From: Trypanosoma brucei
Lineage: Eukaryota
Length of the DNA: 64,000 nt
Assembly: GCA_000002445.1 (NCBI GenBank)
Contig: CP000071.1
Location: 1,056,001-1,120,000 of the forward strand
Direction: 5' to 3'
Below, one piece after another: positions 62,881 to 64,000 of this stretch. Under the pieces are notes generated by a model. It was given only the letters and a program-made list of their open reading frames with translations. It searched no databases and was not told the origin of the DNA. The position numbers were made by a program, and so were the translations under genes. Position 1 is the first letter of the stretch; each line of letters starts with the position of its first letter.

Positions 62881-63690
62881 TTACGGGGATGTGCAAGAAG
62901 AAGGAGTTCCGTCATTATTATTGTTATTACCGTCTTTTGAAAGAACAGCTTCCCATGAAGTTGCTATGCCCTCTACAGTTTCCGCGAGTGGCTTCTGGCG
63001 TTCCTCCTCGCGACGCTTCAACGCTTCCGCCACACATTCACCCATCATATCCTCAATTACGGAACGTTTAACCACTCCATCAATGATTACCTTTTGTTGC
63101 CGTTTGCTTTTCTTAAACATGTTGTATTGATCGTTCAAAAAGGCGGCGAGACGAGCCTCACGTTTACTGAGACCCCGGAAAGATGGCGAATAAATATATA
63201 CCGTTATCCTCGTCCCTTCCCAAGTTACGTTTGGGTACTTGTCGCTTCCGTAACAAAAGGCCCACAGACGGCCCATGAAAAGATACGCGTCGCGAAAATT
63301 AGCGAAATCAAAATCGCGCTTTAGCGCCCCCTCACCGGTAAAAATGGTCAGTGGGGCGGGACCCATTTCTTCTTTTTCTTCTTTTCGAGCATCAGCTCCT
63401 TCAGCATCGGCATCGGCATCAACACACGGAAAACATTCATCCACCGGCACCCAACCTTTCACGCTTTTCAGAAAATCCTCCACTTCATCTTCCCGCATCC
63501 TCCGCTCATGACGGGCGTAAGAGGCCCCATGCTGAGGGTTGGAGTTGTGAAAAATGTTAAAACCATAATCCCCTTTGCAACGGCGTGTGGAAACATCACT
63601 TGTGCGGATATTTCCCAAACATCCGCGCGCAGTCGCCATACAACAGGAGCGGCGCATGTGCAAATGAGTGTGAGATGTTAGCACATTCAT
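62881..63690 (-). CDS. pterin-4a-carbinolamine dehydratase (PCD/DCoH)-fold protein with substituted catalytic histidines, about 269 aa from Met74 (longest ORF 62881..63909 is 342 aa; alternative starts at 63657 and 63639)
   Basis: C-terminal region LKRDFDFANFRDAYLFMGRLWAFCYGSDKYPNVTWEGTRITVYIYSPSFRGLSKREARLAAFLNDQY follows the PCD profile (F-x-F-x-[DN]F-x2-A-x2-FM-x2-[VL]A-x2-[AC]E-x3-HHP-x-W-x6-V-x-[IL]-x-TH-x3-GLS/T-x2-D-x2-LA-x2-[IL]). The HHP triad is replaced by KYP and the TH dyad by SP. The first 73 codons of the longest ORF cross a (TA)12 tract and are probably not coding. Confidence 0.6.
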   Translation of the reverse strand: MNVLTSHTHLHMRRSCCMATARGCLGNIRTSDVSTRRCKGDYGFNIFHNSNPQHGASYARHERRMREDEVEDFLKSVKGWVPVDECFPCVDADADAEGADARKEEKEEMGPAPLTIFTGEGALKRDFDFANFRDAYLFMGRLWAFCYGSDKYPNVTWEGTRITVYIYSPSFRGLSKREARLAAFLNDQYNMFKKSKRQQKVIIDGVVKRSVIEDMMGECVAEALKRREEERQKPLAETVEGIATSWEAVLSKDGNNNNNDGTPSSCTSP

Positions 63691-64000
63691 AACGCGATTA
63701 AAAGCACTGTACCTAAGCAACTTTTTCTTTTGATGTGGGCTCTGTACAAAGCGCCCTTTCGTTCCCGACGAGAGCACATGAAATAAGACGAAGAAAGAAG
63801 CTGTGTGGTTAAACTGGAAAGGCACTTGAGTATCATATATATATATATATATATATAAAGACACACACACGCCCTGCAAACGTGTAAGTTGACGAAAACC
63901 ACGACTCAAAACTTCGTCCCTGTTTGGTAGTATTAATAACTTTTTTTTTTAAACGTGCATCAAGGGAAATATTTGAACCCGCGCGCACTCTGGCACCTCG

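Noticed and set aside
1-64000. CRISPR arrays, prokaryotic promoters/terminators, operon-style defence or biosynthetic systems
   Set aside because: No short direct repeats with regular unique spacers. The only tandem repeats are microsatellites and gene-sized segmental duplications. Gene architecture and content are eukaryotic, so prokaryotic feature classes do not apply.

Overview
This window is eukaryotic and looks kinetoplastid, most like an African trypanosome (Trypanosoma brucei-type) chromosomal core region. It is not a prokaryotic locus. Every convincing gene (about 20) is on the minus strand. The genes are intron-less and separated by long gene-free spacers. On the plus strand those spacers are purine-rich, which gives polypyrimidine tracts on the coding strand, and they are full of (TA)n, (CA)n and (GA)n microsatellites and G/C homopolymers. 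This fits one unidirectional polycistronic transcription unit processed by trans-splicing and polyadenylation. Reading high to low coordinate, in the direction of transcription, the genes are: a degenerate PCD/DCoH-like protein; a small 4-TM protein; a type-I membrane protein; a DEDDh RNA exonuclease; a 1486-aa hypothetical protein; mitochondrial NADP-isocitrate dehydrogenase; a coiled-coil+BRCT protein; COPII Sec23 with a Q/N/Y-rich N-terminal extension; a three-copy tandem array of a 641-aa multi-pass transporter interrupted by an MPN (JAMM-less) gene; a RanBP2-ZnF + 2H-phosphoesterase-like protein; a 652-aa hypothetical; a BCS1-like AAA ATPase; a C-terminal RING-finger protein; a PIF1-family helicase with a mitochondrial presequence; a TDY-type MAP kinase; a 1010-aa Cys-rich, N-glycosylation-rich secreted/membrane protein; and glycosomal NAD-dependent glycerol-3-phosphate dehydrogenase ending in the PTS1 tripeptide SKM. 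I recall the transporter as the folate/biopterin (BT1) family, but I cannot verify that here. No CRISPR, rRNA, convincing tRNA, retroelement or prokaryotic defence system is visible. The most interesting structure is the transporter array: it shows mosaic gene conversion between copies, a 23-nt in-frame substitution patch, copy-specific 5' flanks, and a 264-bp, 99%-identical portable upstream module shared by two unrelated genes that flank or interrupt the array. Several domain combinations (degenerate PCD fold, ZnF+2H phosphoesterase, BRCT+coiled coil) are worth follow-up.
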